A stretch of 63,576 nucleotides of DNA, filler included, from Atractiella rhizophila (Eukaryota), in assembly GCA_021432655.1 (NCBI GenBank). It is 8 parts of 8 records of this genome, joined end to end, with 100 filler letters (N's around TTAATTAATTAA, not from the genome) between each part and the next. Parts side by side here need not be neighbours in the genome. Positions count along the whole stretch, not along the records: positions 1 to 7,942 come from MU272186.1; positions 8,043 to 15,940 come from MU272188.1; 6 more parts are not named here. One strand, 5' to 3'. A program made the translations under genes and the position numbers. The notes under the pieces are model-generated. The model searched no databases. It had not been told where the DNA came from and saw only the letters and a list, made by a program, of their open reading frames with translations. Positions within the stretch are counted from its first letter, which is position 1. Each line of letters starts with the position of its first letter. This document shows, one piece after another, positions 1 through 13,784 of this stretch.

Positions 1-794
1 ACAATGATCTTGCCAACCAAAGCAAACATGACAGAGAACTTGGTACTTTGCTAACTCAACTGTGGCTCTGGTGAGTTCTGGTTTCTTCGCTGCATCGATA
101 CTTCATTCTAACCACCGCATCAGGTTCACAGCATCCGCTGATCTCTTGATCGCGTCAATTCTCGTATGGTCGGTTTGCTACTGCACTTCTTCGATGGTGG
201 ATGGGACTGACCTGAACTTCCACAGGAGTTTGGCGTCACAAAGAACTGGTGTTTACGAGAAAACAGATCGCATACTTGTGAAAGGTCGGAATATTCCACT
301 GGCGCTCTGTCCTTCATTCAACAATGCATTGGGTAGTCATTCGAGTCGTCCTCACCACATCTCTCTTTACGACCATTCTAACGATAACCGATTCCATTCT
401 TCTCGTTGCCTCCGACCTTTTCATCTACCACATCAGCTTTTTCCTTCTCCTCCCTCACGCTTATGCGATAAGCGTAGTCTACACGCTGAATGCACGAATG
501 AAGATCAAGTTCGAGCTGGGATCATCAGGCTCTGTGACTACTGGGCAGATTCGAACCCAACCATCATCCAAGGCAGAACTTCCCTTCCCCTTAAGACGAT
601 TGCAAGGGTCAGCAGGCTCGAACTCACACAAAGCTGATCGCAATAAAACGTGGCAGACAACAGAGGAAATTCATGTCACCGTCAATAGGATGGCGGATGA
701 GGAGGAGGAAGGGTTCGGGAAGGTCGGTGTCTACTTTCTCTTCGGTGCTGTTTACTTAATTGATTCATCCAGCCTGCCTGAACTTCAGGTTTGA
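1..794 (+). CDS. 3' part of a multi-pass fungal membrane protein (DUF6534-like), 5'-truncated, intron-split
   Basis: Hydrophobic exons FTASADLLIASILVW, SLASQRTGVYEKTDRILVK and VIRVVLTTSLFT...PHAYAISVVYTLNAR, separated by short GT-AG introns. The D-x-LI...RTG...TD...LNAR pattern is typical of this basidiomycete family. Confidence 0.6.
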
Positions 795-1064
795 CAAGGC
801 GATTAGAAGATGATCTCCATGACACGTTGTACATATCCACAGGGCATCAGGTATATCTTACTTATCGCAGCAACCTTCCGTGTTCTCGTTTGTTATTATA
901 TGGTTATCTTTCTGCGACTCCTCTATTCTCTGTCGTTTGTGCCCCTCCGCCCTACCTTCGTCATTGCATCAAAATTTCAATGATCATTACTACCAAACCG
1001 ACGACAGTGACATTATAATTACTTAAACGAACAAGTCTAAGATGTGTATTAAACCGACCGAAAT

Positions 1065-2920
1065 CTACTTCTCCTTTTCTACAGGAGTGCTCATTCCACT
1101 TTTCCCTCCCTTTTCCTTCTTTCCAGCTTTCTTCTTATTCTTCATTGCCGCGGCACTGGCGGCAACCAAATTCTCCATCTCCCTCCTCTCTTCGTCGGTT
1201 TCATCAGCCTTGATACCCTTGAATATCGAACCAATATAGAGGATTGCTTTGGCTCGGTTAATCATGGTGACATCGGTGACACCAGGTTCGCGAGTTAGGA
1301 CTCGACCAACGACTTCTTTGAGCACGTTCGAAACTTCGAAGCTTGTCCCCCTCCAGGTTACCAGAAGCATCTTTGTTCAAAATCAGCGGTCTGCGCGATA
1401 TCTTAAGCGAAGCAACCCACCTTCCCGCTGAGGTCAGCTTCAAGATTCTTCAATTCGTCTTCATCGAGTTCGCCCCGCTCTTGCCTCCTCATCATATCCT
1501 CCATTGCGTTCTGAACGTCCATTGTTGTGGCAAGGAACGACCATCCTTCCTTCACCGTGTTTTTCACTAGACAAGAGAGTTTGAATGATGTTGACGAGGG
1601 TGAGCAGGAGTCACACACCTTCCTTTACGCGCTGAAAGAAACCAGGAATGCCTAGGAAATTGGCGAAGAACTTTCCGCCAGCCGAAGGGTTCAAGGCACC
1701 TTTCAATTTCAGATACGCTGTAGCCTTCGAGACATAGACGCTGCCGATCAGTTGAAGAATTTCCACACCAAAAGACTCGAGCTTCAAATCCTCCGCCTCC
1801 TCTCTTATCCTCTTCCCAAAGCTAATCGTCTCTGGATCGTCAGCTTCCCCAGGTTTGCTCGCCTCGACGAAAGGACGAATACGGTCGCGCAATTTATTCT
1901 CCAATTTCTTGATCCTCAAATCGTGCTCTTCCCTCCTTTCCCGCTCAAATTTCTCCATTTCAGCCCGTTGCTCAGGTGTCAGTTTCGGTCGTCCTTTCTT
2001 CGAAGCCTTTGAGTCAGCTGCAGCGACTTGATCTGTTGGCTTCTCCCCATCCGTGGTCGTTGGAGCGGACGTAGGGTTGGGTGTCGGTGGGCCGGTTGAT
2101 GCCTCAGCTGAGGGTTTCGCATCTGTCGAGGATTTCTCGGACTTGGAAGCGGGTGCAGTCCCGTGTGCAGTCCCGTGTGGTTGTGCTGAGGTTGTTGCAG
2201 CGGGGGTAGAGGATCCGGGAGGAGTGTTGGTGTGTTCAAGCGAGGGAGAAGGGCCAGATGAAGAAGCGCCCATCTCTTTCCGTAGTTCCGCTTTTTCTTC
2301 TTCCGTAAGCGAGATATCCATAGCTTTAGAAAAGTCTTTCCCTGCGGCCATACTCAGCCTTGCATTCCAAGGTTCGGCGCTGATTTGGCGTACCGAGGGA
2401 GATCTCTCCAATCCAATCGTCGAATTTTTCGCCTCTATTTCGCTATAAACTTTCATCACACAAAGAGACGAAAAGACATACCCAAAAAGCATGGAAAACA
2501 ATTTGCCAGGATCCTGAAATCCACCTTCAGGGCTGATCTGTGCCTCTTTCCTCCCATATCGATCATACGCAGCTCGAGCTTGTGGTTCACTTAGAACCTA
2601 TCGGCATGATTTCATGAGCGAGATCCTAAGTGGAGGAATGAGGTAAGAACCTGGTACGCTTCTCCAATCTCCCTAAACTTATCTCCTCCTTCTGGATTTT
2701 TATCTGGATGATACTTGATCGCAAGCTTCCGATATGCCTTCTTGAGCTCAAGATCCGTTGCATAAGCTGGGACCTCAAGCGTATCGTAGTAGAACATATC
2801 GATAACCTTGATGCCATCGACATTTTGGGTACGATCTATTCATCATTGTATAGGCAGCCTATGGATGTTCAGCAGATGCCACTCACCACGTCCCTCCTTC
2901 TGTACAGGTGTTTCTGACAT
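1065..2920 (-). CDS. J-domain (Hsp40) protein with DnaJ-X domain, Djp1/Caj1 family
   Basis: YYDTLEV...[18 protein letters not shown] (HPD motif). X-domain blocks [22 protein letters not shown] and [16 protein letters not shown]...[12 protein letters not shown]. Upstream exon [11 protein letters not shown] (ATG 2920) splices in frame through a ~50-nt intron. Confidence 0.88.
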
Positions 2921-3653
2921 GATGGGTTCTTATGTGAGTACAATGATCTGAGAGAACAGTCGTCAGTTATCTGTACGGATTTGGTTGAGCGATGTCATGA
3001 TTTTCCCTGAGTGGTCAAGAATTGATGATGCAGGTACATATTGGTACTCAATAAATCAACCACACAAACGGTCTTCCTACTGCAGAAGACTGACAGATTG
3101 CAATGTTCCTTTTCGATGAGAACATCAATATGCGGCAGTCGCGACAATTAGAATGTAAGCAAGCTGGATGGGATGGCCATGCGCTGGATCGAAACATGAT
3201 ATTCAAGTGCCTCTGGAGCGAGAGAAAGCAACACGGGATCCATGAAACCTATGAACTCCTGGAGCCCAAAGCTTCGCTAACAGTAATAGCGAACGAAAAG
3301 AAGGGAAGTACAAGCACACCCATATCCACACTTCTCGGATGCGAGCAATGGCTGCAGACCACCAGAGGTGGGGTTAATGAATCTTTTGCAAAGGGTCTCA
3401 TGGCTCTTTCTTGGACCACTTTAGTCCACCGCCGAGCAAGATATGATCCACAGCAAACTTGTCCCACACAGTACATCTCCCACAACGAGACCTAACAGAC
3501 AAAGAATATACGCACCTTTGGTGAAATAATCGAGGGGATGTAACAAAATCTACTTCAATCTGCCATTCCAATCGCTCCTGCAGGGATGATGTCAGCTGAT
3601 GAGCCGCCACACGTGACGCGTGATTTCTCCAACGCGTCCATGTCTCCATTTTT

Positions 3654-6600
3654 ATGAGTATGGCCCACACGGCGCCATCAGTGTCCTCTGTCCCCGCCTC
3701 AGCCGCTGGTGCAGGCTCCTCCTCGACGGCACAGGCAAACGGGAATGGTCACGGGAAGAAGGCAGCACTGGCGTCTGAGCCCCTGCTTATCTTCGATCAG
3801 TACAGCTTATACGAGACTCGATCCGTCTGCTTTTCTTCTGGTTCATATCGAGTTGCACTGCTGATAGGTCATGTCAGAAATACTATGTGCTAGCCACCTC
3901 CACTCGATCCTCCCACTACCGTATCCTCAAAATCGACCGTTCCATCCCCTCTCCGCCTTCTCCTTCTCCACCACCGTCTTCATTTTCTGAGCCTGCACCG
4001 TCAGAATCTGCGAAAGTTCTTGAATCTGAAGGGGACAATGAAAACTGGAATTGGGACTGGGTACCGGAGCTCGATATAGTCGAGGATGCCGGAGTATATA
4101 CAAAGGCTCAAGCGAGGGGAATTATAGCTTCTATCGAGGCTGCAAGCGGAGGGAAGCTGGTTAATCGTATACGCATGTTCTTCGGAATCGTCGGTATGTC
4201 CTTTTCTTCTCTTTTTTGGTCAGGGGCGGTGGGACAGGCTCTGAGCGTGGTGCAATCGGTGGATAGGATTTGTGCGCTTCACGAGTGGATACTATATGAT
4301 GTGTATAACTCGCTCAAGTCGAGTCGCAGTCATTGGGGGACATGAGATTCGTCACATCGATGGTGTAGAAGTGATTCAACTGACAGACCACCACAAATCT
4401 GCAATCGAACAAAAGTGCATCTCCTCCCTCCTTCTACCCCTTCACTCATCCTAAATCGCAGGATGTATGCTGCCTTCCTGCACAACGATTTAACAAAGAA
4501 CCATTACTTCTCCTACACATACGACCTCACCTGCACCCTTCAGAGGAACCTGACGACGAACAAATGGTGCGACATCGGTCCGAAAAGGAGCTGGGGCTTC
4601 GTCAAGTCCTTCGTATGGAATCATCATATGCTCAAGAATGGATTCGCGAGCAGTAGACACACGGAAGGAAACCCGTGGGTCTTACCCGTCATTTATGGAT
4701 TCGTGGATCAAGCGAGCAAGTCGTCTCGGCTTCCTCTTCTAGCTCGGAGGAATGTTAAGACTGGTTGAACAGAACTAAGCGTGTTCGGAAAGAACGTATA
4801 TGTCACCCTCATCGCCCGTCGCTCGCGATACTACGCAGGGGCACGATTCCTCCGTCGAGGAGTCGATGCATGGGTACGCTCTTCTCCCTGTCTCTCTCTC
4901 TTCCATGGTCAACGCAGGAAACGTTTGCAGGGTCATGTAGCAAACTTCGTGGAGACAGAACAGATAGTTTCTGATCCTCTACTATCGTCCTTCATCGTAC
5001 CTAACGCCCATGACCCTGTCTCGCCGGGATTTACTGCCCATGTTCAAGTCAGAGGCAGTATACCCGTGCAATGGAGTCGTGCGTTCCTTTTTCTCTTCTT
5101 CTCATACGTTTATTCATCAAGAAATATTTGCTCGGAGCAGAAGAGAACGCTAGTATGAACTTGAAACCACCTATCAGCCGTAAGTCTCTACTCCTGCGGG
5201 GATGCAAGAGTCTGATGAGCTGGTTCAATGGGAAGTCGGACACATCGATCCTTTTTACGTGGCGGCAGGAAGGCATTTCAATGACATTTTCGAGCGTTAC
5301 GGCGCTCCTGTCATCATTTTAAACCTTGTCAAGGTATACTCTCCTTATGCGCCGACAAGAGATTGCAAGCTGATGGAAGGAGGAAAGTCACACGAACGTC
5401 AACCTCGAGAGTCCAAGCTACTGAACGCATACACTTTCTGCGTCGAATACCTCAACCAGTTTCTCCCCCAAGTTGGAAAAATTGAGTACATCGCTTGGGA
5501 TATCGCCGCTGCCAACAAAGCGTTCGTTTTCCTAACTTCACCTCCCACCTCGTATCTATCCCATTACGCTTTGCTGATGCGGTGGTATCGTAGAGGTGAT
5601 GAAGACGTCATTGGCGTGATGGAGGATATCGCGCAGGAGACCCTTAGCAATACTGGATTCTTCCATTCGGGGCCTGAACCGAGGAGCAGATGGCTGGCCT
5701 CACACAAACAGAAAGGGTCCGTCCTTGCCTCTCCCTAACCTTAACACCGAAGTTTGATTATGTGTTCCGTAATGATGAACACACATTTACAGCGGGCCGC
5801 CGTATCGTGACACGATTCTGTTACAACGAGGCGTGGCACGAGTGAATTGCATAGACTGCATCGAGTGCGCGTTCTGTCGATCCTCCTTTCCCTTGCATAC
5901 GAGCCTTCGAGATGACACTGACAAATGATGCCATGAAAAGCCGCACGAATTCCGCTTCTTTTATGATAGCCAAAGCTGCACTATGTCACCAACTCTACGC
6001 ATTAGGATACTTGCAGCGTCCCTTCCTCTCCTTCGATTGTGACACTATCAACATGTTTACTGAAGTGCGTTTGATGCATTTCCTCACTTAAGATAGTATG
6101 AATCAAAGTGGATGCGCAGATGTACCATGACCTTGGAGACACCATTGCGCTTCAATACGGTGGCTCAAATCTCGTCAATCGCCTTGATGATTACGATGTC
6201 AAAATTAGGGGTTGGACTAGCCACAGTAGGAATATGATCGAAGGCTTCAAAAGGTACTATGCCAACAGTTTCATTGGTAAGTCGACTGTCTTCCCAAGCC
6301 TCAACAGCTCCTTAGGGTGATTTTGATGGTAGATGCTGAGAAGCAAGTCGCGATGGATCTGTTTTTGGGAGGTGTGTTCCTCTCTCCCTGACATGGAGCA
6401 AGCGGAGCTGAAGTGTGCTGAACAGTCACGCAGAGAGCAGCCGTCCGACCTGTTCCCACTCCTCCAAAGGCTGGTCACTATATGAACTGGTACGACAGTG
6501 AATTCGTCCATCCGCATTTGACCATACCCCAAGGTACGTTGTCTACTTGTTCTTCTACTGAGACCACATCATGATTCGAATGGGGTAAAGCTGAGGCCAA

Positions 6601-7402
6601 CATGCGAGAGAATGTTAAGAGGTTACATCTTGGCATTGAATCCCATCGAAAGTTCACACGGTTTCAAGAGATGTTCGAGCCCAACATGAATTCTAGTTCA
6701 AAATACTGGAACGACAAGTACTTCCCTTTATTTCAACAATGTGCATTGGTTGATCGTGGTATAGACGAGCGGAACGATCCGATCTCAGCCCTTTCAAATC
6801 GCGCAGATCGACACGCAAAGGACGGTAAGCGTTTTTCTAATATCAGACATGTATGTCGCGACTAATAGTGATACAGTGGAGGCAATCTGTTTGGAATGCC
6901 AGCTCTCCCTTGGGGTATGGTTGATGCCCCTAGAACTTCTGCCGCCAAACCTCAACGACGGGCAACATCCGCCGCTCTGTCAAGAGAACCTTCGAATCTT
7001 GACCTCTGGAAGGAGGTTCCAGTCTCCGACGTACCTGCGAATTTAGATGCTCCGCTGGTCGACAACCTGAGGAGATTTTTAAACCCCCGCCCATATCCAG
7101 AGGAGTTGGTGGAGTATGAAGAGTAGGTCGTCGCATTGGAGACAATCAAGGGCTACAGGTTGATTTGTTGTCACAGTTACGTGAAATCTGTGACTGGCGA
7201 TACGCTCCTGCTCTCTCTGGAGCTTAGCGAGATGGACACGCTCGTATATAGGCAGTCAGTCGCCGTGGGGAAGGGAGAGTTAGGATTAGACGAGCGACCA
7301 ATCGAGCCAAAATCTGAGGAAATTTATAGGGACTTTGTCAGACAGGCGAAGGACCCGTCTGCCCCAAGCGTGTGGAAGGCGAGAGAGGGGAGGTTTCGAT
7401 AA
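3654..7402 (+). CDS. FIG4: SAC-domain polyphosphoinositide phosphatase (PI(3,5)P2 5-phosphatase), many short introns
   Basis: Blocks YRILKIDR, DLTKNHYFSYTYDLT, FVWNHH, LIARRSRYYAGARFLRRG, VANFVETEQI, RGSIPVQWS and YHDLGDTIALQYGGS. The catalytic CX5RT motif (NCIDCID|RTN) is intact after splicing across the intron at 5865-5940. Confidence 0.92.
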
Positions 7403-7942
7403 GTTGTCGTCGTTTTGTCGTGCAATCAAGTGTATAAACATTGAATTATTACTCTCAAAGTGCTGTTCTACATTCTGCTGTTGCATGCAGCAAAACGAAT
7501 GGAATTCGATCGAGAGACAGAACAGTGCTGTTTCGGCACGAGTCCGTCAACTCGAACTCTAGCAGAGACCAACGCCCGACAACTGACCTGTGCTGGTTAC
7601 AAGATTTCCCAAACCTAAGTGAGCTTGCGAACTTAGAGGGTTTGTTGAACTGGTACTCGTGCAGGATCGTTGGAGCAAATTAGTCTTGTAAATGAATATC
7701 GAAGTTACTAACTACTTGTACGAGAGCACACTATATATTTAGTATACAAGATTTCCTATGAGACACCAAAACCTAAAAAGGGGAGACAAACTGATCTTGC
7801 ACCTCAATCGATTTTGAAAGCCCCAAGACCAGCTTGTCCACAAGCAAACGGAGACTCGAGATCTTGAAAGAGAGTGAGTGGAATCGAAATGGAAGAAATG
7901 AAGAAACGACACTAAGAATACACGGTAGATAGATCTGACCTT

Positions 7943-8042
7943 NNNNNNNNNNNNNNNNNNNNNNNNNNNNNNNNNNNNNNNNNNNNTTAATTAATTAANN
8001 NNNNNNNNNNNNNNNNNNNNNNNNNNNNNNNNNNNNNNNNNN
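7943..8042. other. Artificial scaffold spacer N44-TTAATTAATTAA-N44 (also at 15941-16040, 23921-24020, 31873-31972, 39811-39910, 47743-47842, 55665-55764)
   Basis: Seven identical 100-nt spacers. The core gives stops in all six frames, and genes are cut at the spacers. Confidence 0.97.
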
Positions 8043-11000
8043 CCATAAGGTAGTTCGGAGTTTTCGAGAACGTAAAGGAGCTCTCGAATAGTGACCGCGA
8101 CGCCGCCTTGGTGGTCGTAGCCAGCTAGAACGCTGTTCAAAACCTCGGAGAGGTAAGCAAATCGTTGATGCGGTTTCGTTCCGATGGCAGTTGGAGAGCC
8201 CATCGACTCCAGTTGGCCAGAGAAAGGTATCGGTCGCTTGACCTTTGAGAGATCGTCCAAAGTAAGAATTCCGATTATGTCTCCTGGCTCCAGGGTAGCA
8301 CCAGGTTGCTTGACGAAGTTGACAATGCCATCTTCGGTCGCAGTGAGCGCCATATACATCTTCATAACTGTTTATTGCTTGAGTGCTTTAACGCATCAGT
8401 TTTACGCAACGACGGACCTTCGATTTCAGCGTAAGCAGCCCCAGAAGAGATGTGATCCCCAGATTCGACCAGGAAACGAACGAGTTTGCCAGGACTGGGG
8501 CTCCTAAGTTGAGTCGGATCATTCTATGCAAAGCTAAAGCTAATGAACACCTAATAGCAATATAAAGACAAACCTCTTGCTCAATCAAGCAAGTCTTGCT
8601 GTCAATCATCAATCGCAGAGCCCCAACTTGTTCGGTCAGGTACACCGTGTGAGAACGCCCATCCAGCAGAACCAGTAAACCACCATCCGCAAGTGGTCTG
8701 ACACCAACTTGGGTGCCTTTCCCGTTAAGATACATCGTCCACGTGACAGGACTAGAGCGCGCCATCATAGCCGAGTACTTCATCCCCTCGTAGATGAACT
8801 CGACAGAATAGATCGTTTTCAGCAATTCCTTAGGAGGTACTTGCCCCTTGGCTAATCCCTTCTTGAACTCAGCTGCGCATTCTTCAGCCTGGAGATGAGA
8901 TTTGGCCACTGCTCCACAGATGACAGCAAGCGTTGTCTCTGGTCGTTCTGCTGTCAGCTTGTCGGAGATCAGACCGTCAAGCCAGGCGGTTGTGACGGCG
9001 TTTTGTTCGAAAGCGTCGGTCTGGAGAAGCTTGATGAGGTACCTGAACCAAACAAATCAATATTGCAGCCAGGACTGCAGAGACACAGCGTACTCCACAG
9101 TCGTTCGGAAGTCACCACGAATGCTCAGCTCCTTCAAAGCGATAACCATGTTCTTCCTACTCTCCGACCTGTCCGCGCCGTACGCGAAAATGTGACCAAA
9201 CTGACTGTCAGCAAACTCGTGCAGTCCTCCAGCTGTTCCGACCGAGAAATAACCCCAAACATTTGTGGAGGACCTGAAATTCAGCTCTTGTAACGTTCCG
9301 GAAGAAGGTTTGAACCCAGCGTCTGGATTCTCAGCCGTGATACGGACAGCGACGACGTGACCTTTAGGAGAAGGCTTGCGCTGTGTTTCGCCAGAGTGAG
9401 GATCCAGAAAATCGAAGTCGATGGATGAATTGCCGTGAGGTGACTTCCCGTAAAGCGTACGGATGTCTCGAATGGAACGAAGAGGGATCCCCATTGCAAT
9501 TTGGAGCTGAGCAGCAGGAAGATTGACTCCAGAAACCATTTCAGTCGTCGGATGTTCGACTTGCAGTCGCGGGTTTAGCTCAAGGAAATAAAACTTCTGA
9601 TCGGATGAGGAGTAAAGCCACTGTGAAGCGCGAATCAGTATCTTCAGCAATGTCAACGGCTCGTGGGGAACATGTGCTTACCTCGACAGTACCTGCAGAA
9701 ACATATCCAACGAGCTTGGCGAGCCTCACAGCCGCCTTTTCCATCTCCTCCGCAAGCGCTTGAGGTGCAACAGTGACAGGCGCTTCTTCAATGATCTTCT
9801 GATGTCGTCGTTGGACTGAGCAGTCCCGTCCAAACAAGCTGATTGCGTTTCCGTACTGATCTGCTAAAACCTGCACTTCCAGATGCCTAGCAGCCCCAGC
9901 AAGTTTCATGATGAATACGGGACTCCCTATTCCAACCCCACCAAGTCAACTTACTGTACTGATGGAGAGGAAGGAAACGGAACACGAACCAGGGACTTCC
10001 CCAAGGACAGCGTTAAAAGCCATCGAGAAAGCGTCTTTACTCTCGACCTTCCTGATTCCCTTTCCACCACCTCCTTCTGAAGCCTTGATCATAACAGGCC
10101 ATCCAATCGCTTCTGCCCTCTCCAAGCCTTCCTCGACGGTTGTCACACAAGCCTTGGCGTAAACATCATCTGGGACGACAAGGAATCCTTGTTCTGAGGT
10201 CGCGGTGTCGCTTATTCCACTTCCGGACCATGGCATAGTAGGTACGTTCGCATATTGAGCGACAATTGTGGAAGAAATCTTGTCCCCCAGAGAACGCATG
10301 GCAGATCCTGGGGGACCAATGAAGACGATCTTGTTCTTGCTCGCCGCTAACGTCTCCGGTAATCGTGGGTTCTCAGAGGCATGTCCCCTGCATACATCGA
10401 TCTCTTAATCCCACTGATCCTTGCAGGCCGTAGGAAAGACGCACCAACCAGCCCACACTGCGTGTACACCAGATCGCTCAGCAACGTCCACAATAACATC
10501 TACATTTGCGAAATTGTTGTTATTCGTCCCTCCAGGTACTTCTACGAAATGGTCCGCCATCCTGATGTAGTCTGCGTTCACTCTTAAATCTTCAGGAGTA
10601 GCCATTACGGTGAACTGAATCGCGCGCTCATCCCCGAATGTCTCATACGCCCATTTTCGAACGGAACGAATCTCTTTGACGGCAGCAATACCTGAAGCTA
10701 CTGTTAACAAGAACGAAGTGCTACAAGAAAGAGTGCGTGCCGTTGTTTGCAATCAAGACCTGTTGTTGTGAAGCTTCAGTGGAAGTCCTGCAGACGGATA
10801 GCAAAACAAACCTTTGTGATTACTGTGTGTCCGCCTTTTGCTTTCACAAAGTCGGTAACGCGACCAGGAGCAGCGTTATGAAGGCTGTTTCCACCTGTGC
10901 ATTGTGTTGCATCAGTGCAAGGCACATTGCATAGCAGATACCAACTCGTCACAAGGACAACTCACCAATAAAATGTTTAACAGCCTCATGGTCAACTTCT

Positions 11001-11092
11001 GCACGCTCATCTCCATCCTGAACCCATGTTGGATGCCGAGCATGAAGGGAAGGTCGAGAAGAGTCTGGCTGCGATTTAGAAGTGAAAGGCAT
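8043..11092 (-). CDS. ACC1: Acetyl-CoA carboxylase, N-terminal part (biotin carboxylase + BT + BCCP), 3'-truncated
   Basis: [70 protein letters not shown], and the biotinylation motif EVMKM. In-frame start [10 protein letters not shown]...[11 protein letters not shown] at 11092. Confidence 0.96.
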
Positions 11093-11550
11093 GGTTCTTC
11101 GTCCTCGTTCCACTTAAAGGTCGTCTATAAAATTATTGTAAGAGTACGTTGGTCGTTTTTTGAGAAATGAGCAAGAGTGACGAGTGTTTTTGGGAAGACG
11201 TTGAGGTGGAGGCGTTGGGTTGGGGTGATCGAAGCAAATCTTATCTTGCATGGACCATTGGGTTGGGGCGGACGCGCTTCCACAAATATTTTTTGCTGGT
11301 GCAGCTGGTTGCGCTGGGGTTTGTTCTGATCTGAGGACCAAACCTGACACGTCCTGGCTCAAAGTTTGCTTAGATTTAATGGGTGGCCTTAATATACTAT
11401 ACCATTTACCGAAGTGAGGTGCCATCATGGTCACAGGCTGCCTAAAGCTAGAGTTTCTCTGTCTCTCTGACCTTGAAAAGAGTCACCCGGGCATGTTCAG
11501 CTGGTATCTCTTCCACGTCAACGAAACCCTTCATGAAATGCATGGTACAA

Positions 11551-11943
11551 CTACTTCTTCCTGCTGGGTTGATTGCTTCGCTCCTTTCTTTTAGCCTTAG
11601 CCGCTCTCTCCTTCCGAATGGTCGCCACGTTCTTCAACTCAGACTTTCCGCTGCCCTTTCCAGCTCCTTTACCTTTCAAACCCTTCTTCTCCTTCACCTG
11701 TGAATGCCTCCACTTTTTTGGCCGTCGACTTGACGCCCTCCAATTCCCTCTCCCCCACCTTCGGCACTTTCAACTTCTTCTTTCCCTTCCACTCTTCGAA
11801 CATACCGCTCTTGAAAGAAGCAGGTATTTTCTTCCCGCTCTCAGAGCGGATCATCTTCTTGTTGTCCGCTCCTGTACCGTCTCCTTTTACTAATTTCTTT
11901 TGGCGACGGTCCCATCGCATTATGGACGCCTTTTGCGGCCGGT
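11551..11943 (-). pseudogene. Duplicate 3' fragment of DBP10 with a 1-nt homopolymer frameshift (likely artefact)
   Basis: Identical to the DBP10 C-terminus until KSTAKK, where T6 versus T5 shifts the frame. Confidence 0.7.
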
Positions 11944-11968
11944 NNNNNNNNNNNNNNNNNNNNNNNNN

Positions 11969-13331
11969 GCCGCCTTTTCCATCTCCTCCGCAAGCGCTTG
12001 AGGTGCAACAGTGACAGGCGCTTCTTCAATGATCTTCTGATGTCGTCGTTGGACTGAGCAGTCCCGTCCAAACAAGCTGATTGCGTTTCCGTACTGATCT
12101 GCTAAAACCTGCACTTCCAGATGCCTAGCAGCCCCAGCAAGTTTCATGATGAATACGGGACTCCCTATTCCAACCCCACCAAGTCAACTTACTGTACTGA
12201 TGGAGAGGAAGGAAACGGAACACGAACCAGGGACTTCCGCAAGGACAGCGTTAAAAGCCATCGAGAAAGCGTCTTTACTCTCGACCTTCCTGATTCCCTT
12301 TCCACCACCTCCTTCTGAAGCCTTGATCATAACAGGCCATCCAATCGCTTCTGCCCTCTCCAAGCCTTCCTCGACAGTTGTCACACAAGCCTTGGCGTAA
12401 ACATCATCTGGGACGACAAGGAATCCCTTGTTCTGAGGTCGCGGTGTCGCTTATTCCACTTCCGGACCATGGCATAGTAGGTACGTTCGCATATTGAGCG
12501 ACAATTGTGGAAGAAATCTTGTCCCCCAGAGAACGCATGGCAGATCCTGGGGGACCAATGAAGACGATCTTGTTCTTGCTCGCCGCTAACGTCTCCGGTA
12601 ATCGTGGGTTCTCAGAGGCATGTCCCCTGCATACATCGATCTCTTAATCCCACTGATCCTTGCAGGCCGTAGGAAAGACGCACCAACCAGCCCACACTGC
12701 GTGTACACCAGATCGCTCAGCAACGTCCACAATAACATCTACATTTGCGAAATTGTTGTTATTCGTCCCTCCAGGTACTTCTACGAAATGGTCCGCCATC
12801 CTGATGTAGTCTGCGTTCACTCTTAAATCTTCAGGAGTAGCCATTACGGTGAACTGAATCGCGCGCTCATCCCCGAATGTCTCATACGCCCATTTTCGAA
12901 CGGAACGAATCTCTTTGACGGCAGCAATACCTGAAGCTACTGTTAACAAGAACGAAGTGCTACAAGAAAGAGTGCGTGCCGTTGTTTGCAATCAAGACCT
13001 GTTGTTGTGAAGCTTCAGTGGAAGTCCTGCAGACGGATAGCAAAACAAACCTTTGTGATTACTGTGTGTCCGCCCTTTGCTTTCACAAAGTCGGTAACGC
13101 GACCAGGAGCAGCGTTATGAAGGCTGTTTCCACCTGTGCATTGTGTTGCATCAGTGCAAGGCACATTGCATAGCAGATACCAACTCGTCACAAGGGCAAC
13201 TCACCAATAAAATGTTTAACAGCCTCATGGTCAACTTCTGCACGCTCATCTCCATCCTGAACCCATGTTGGATGCCGAGCATGAAGGGAAGGTCGAGAAG
13301 AGTCTGGCTGCGATTTAGAAGTGAAAGGCAT
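11969..13331 (-). pseudogene. Duplicate 5' fragment of ACC1 with a frameshift (likely artefact)
   Basis: Same exons as 9731-11092. An extra C near 12426 (gaatccc vs gaatcc) breaks the frame. Confidence 0.7.
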
Positions 13332-13784
13332 GGTTCTTCGTCCTCGTTCCACCTAAAGGTCGTCTATAAAATTATTGTAAGAGTACGTTGGTCGTTTTTT
13401 GAGAAATGAGCAAGAGTGACGAGTGTTTTTGGGAAGACGTTGAGGTGGAGGCGTTGGGTTGGGGTGATCGAAGCAAATCTTATCTTGCATGGACCATTGG
13501 GTTGGGGCGGACGCGCTTCCACAAATATTTTTTTGCTGGTGCAGCTGGTTGCGCTGGGGTTTGTTCTGATCTGAGGACCAAACCTGACACGTCCTGGCTC
13601 AAAGTTTGCTTAGATTTAATGGGTGGCCTTAATATACTATACCATTTACCGAAGTGAGGTGCCATCATGGTCACAGGCTGCCTAAAGCTAGAGTTTCTCT
13701 GTCTCTGCTTGAAAGAGTCACCCGGGCATGTTCAGCTGGTATCTCTTCCACGTCAACGAAACCTTCATGAAATGCATGGTACAA

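Noticed and set aside
7987..7998. Recurrent TTAATTAATTAA as a biological repeat or PacI-related site
   Set aside because: It is always centred in an identical N spacer, so it is a bioinformatic linker.
11969..13331. Second ACC1 gene or stand-alone biotin carboxylase
   Set aside because: Near-identical copy including introns and intergenic DNA, adjacent to a gap, with a homopolymer frameshift; best explained as an assembly overlap.
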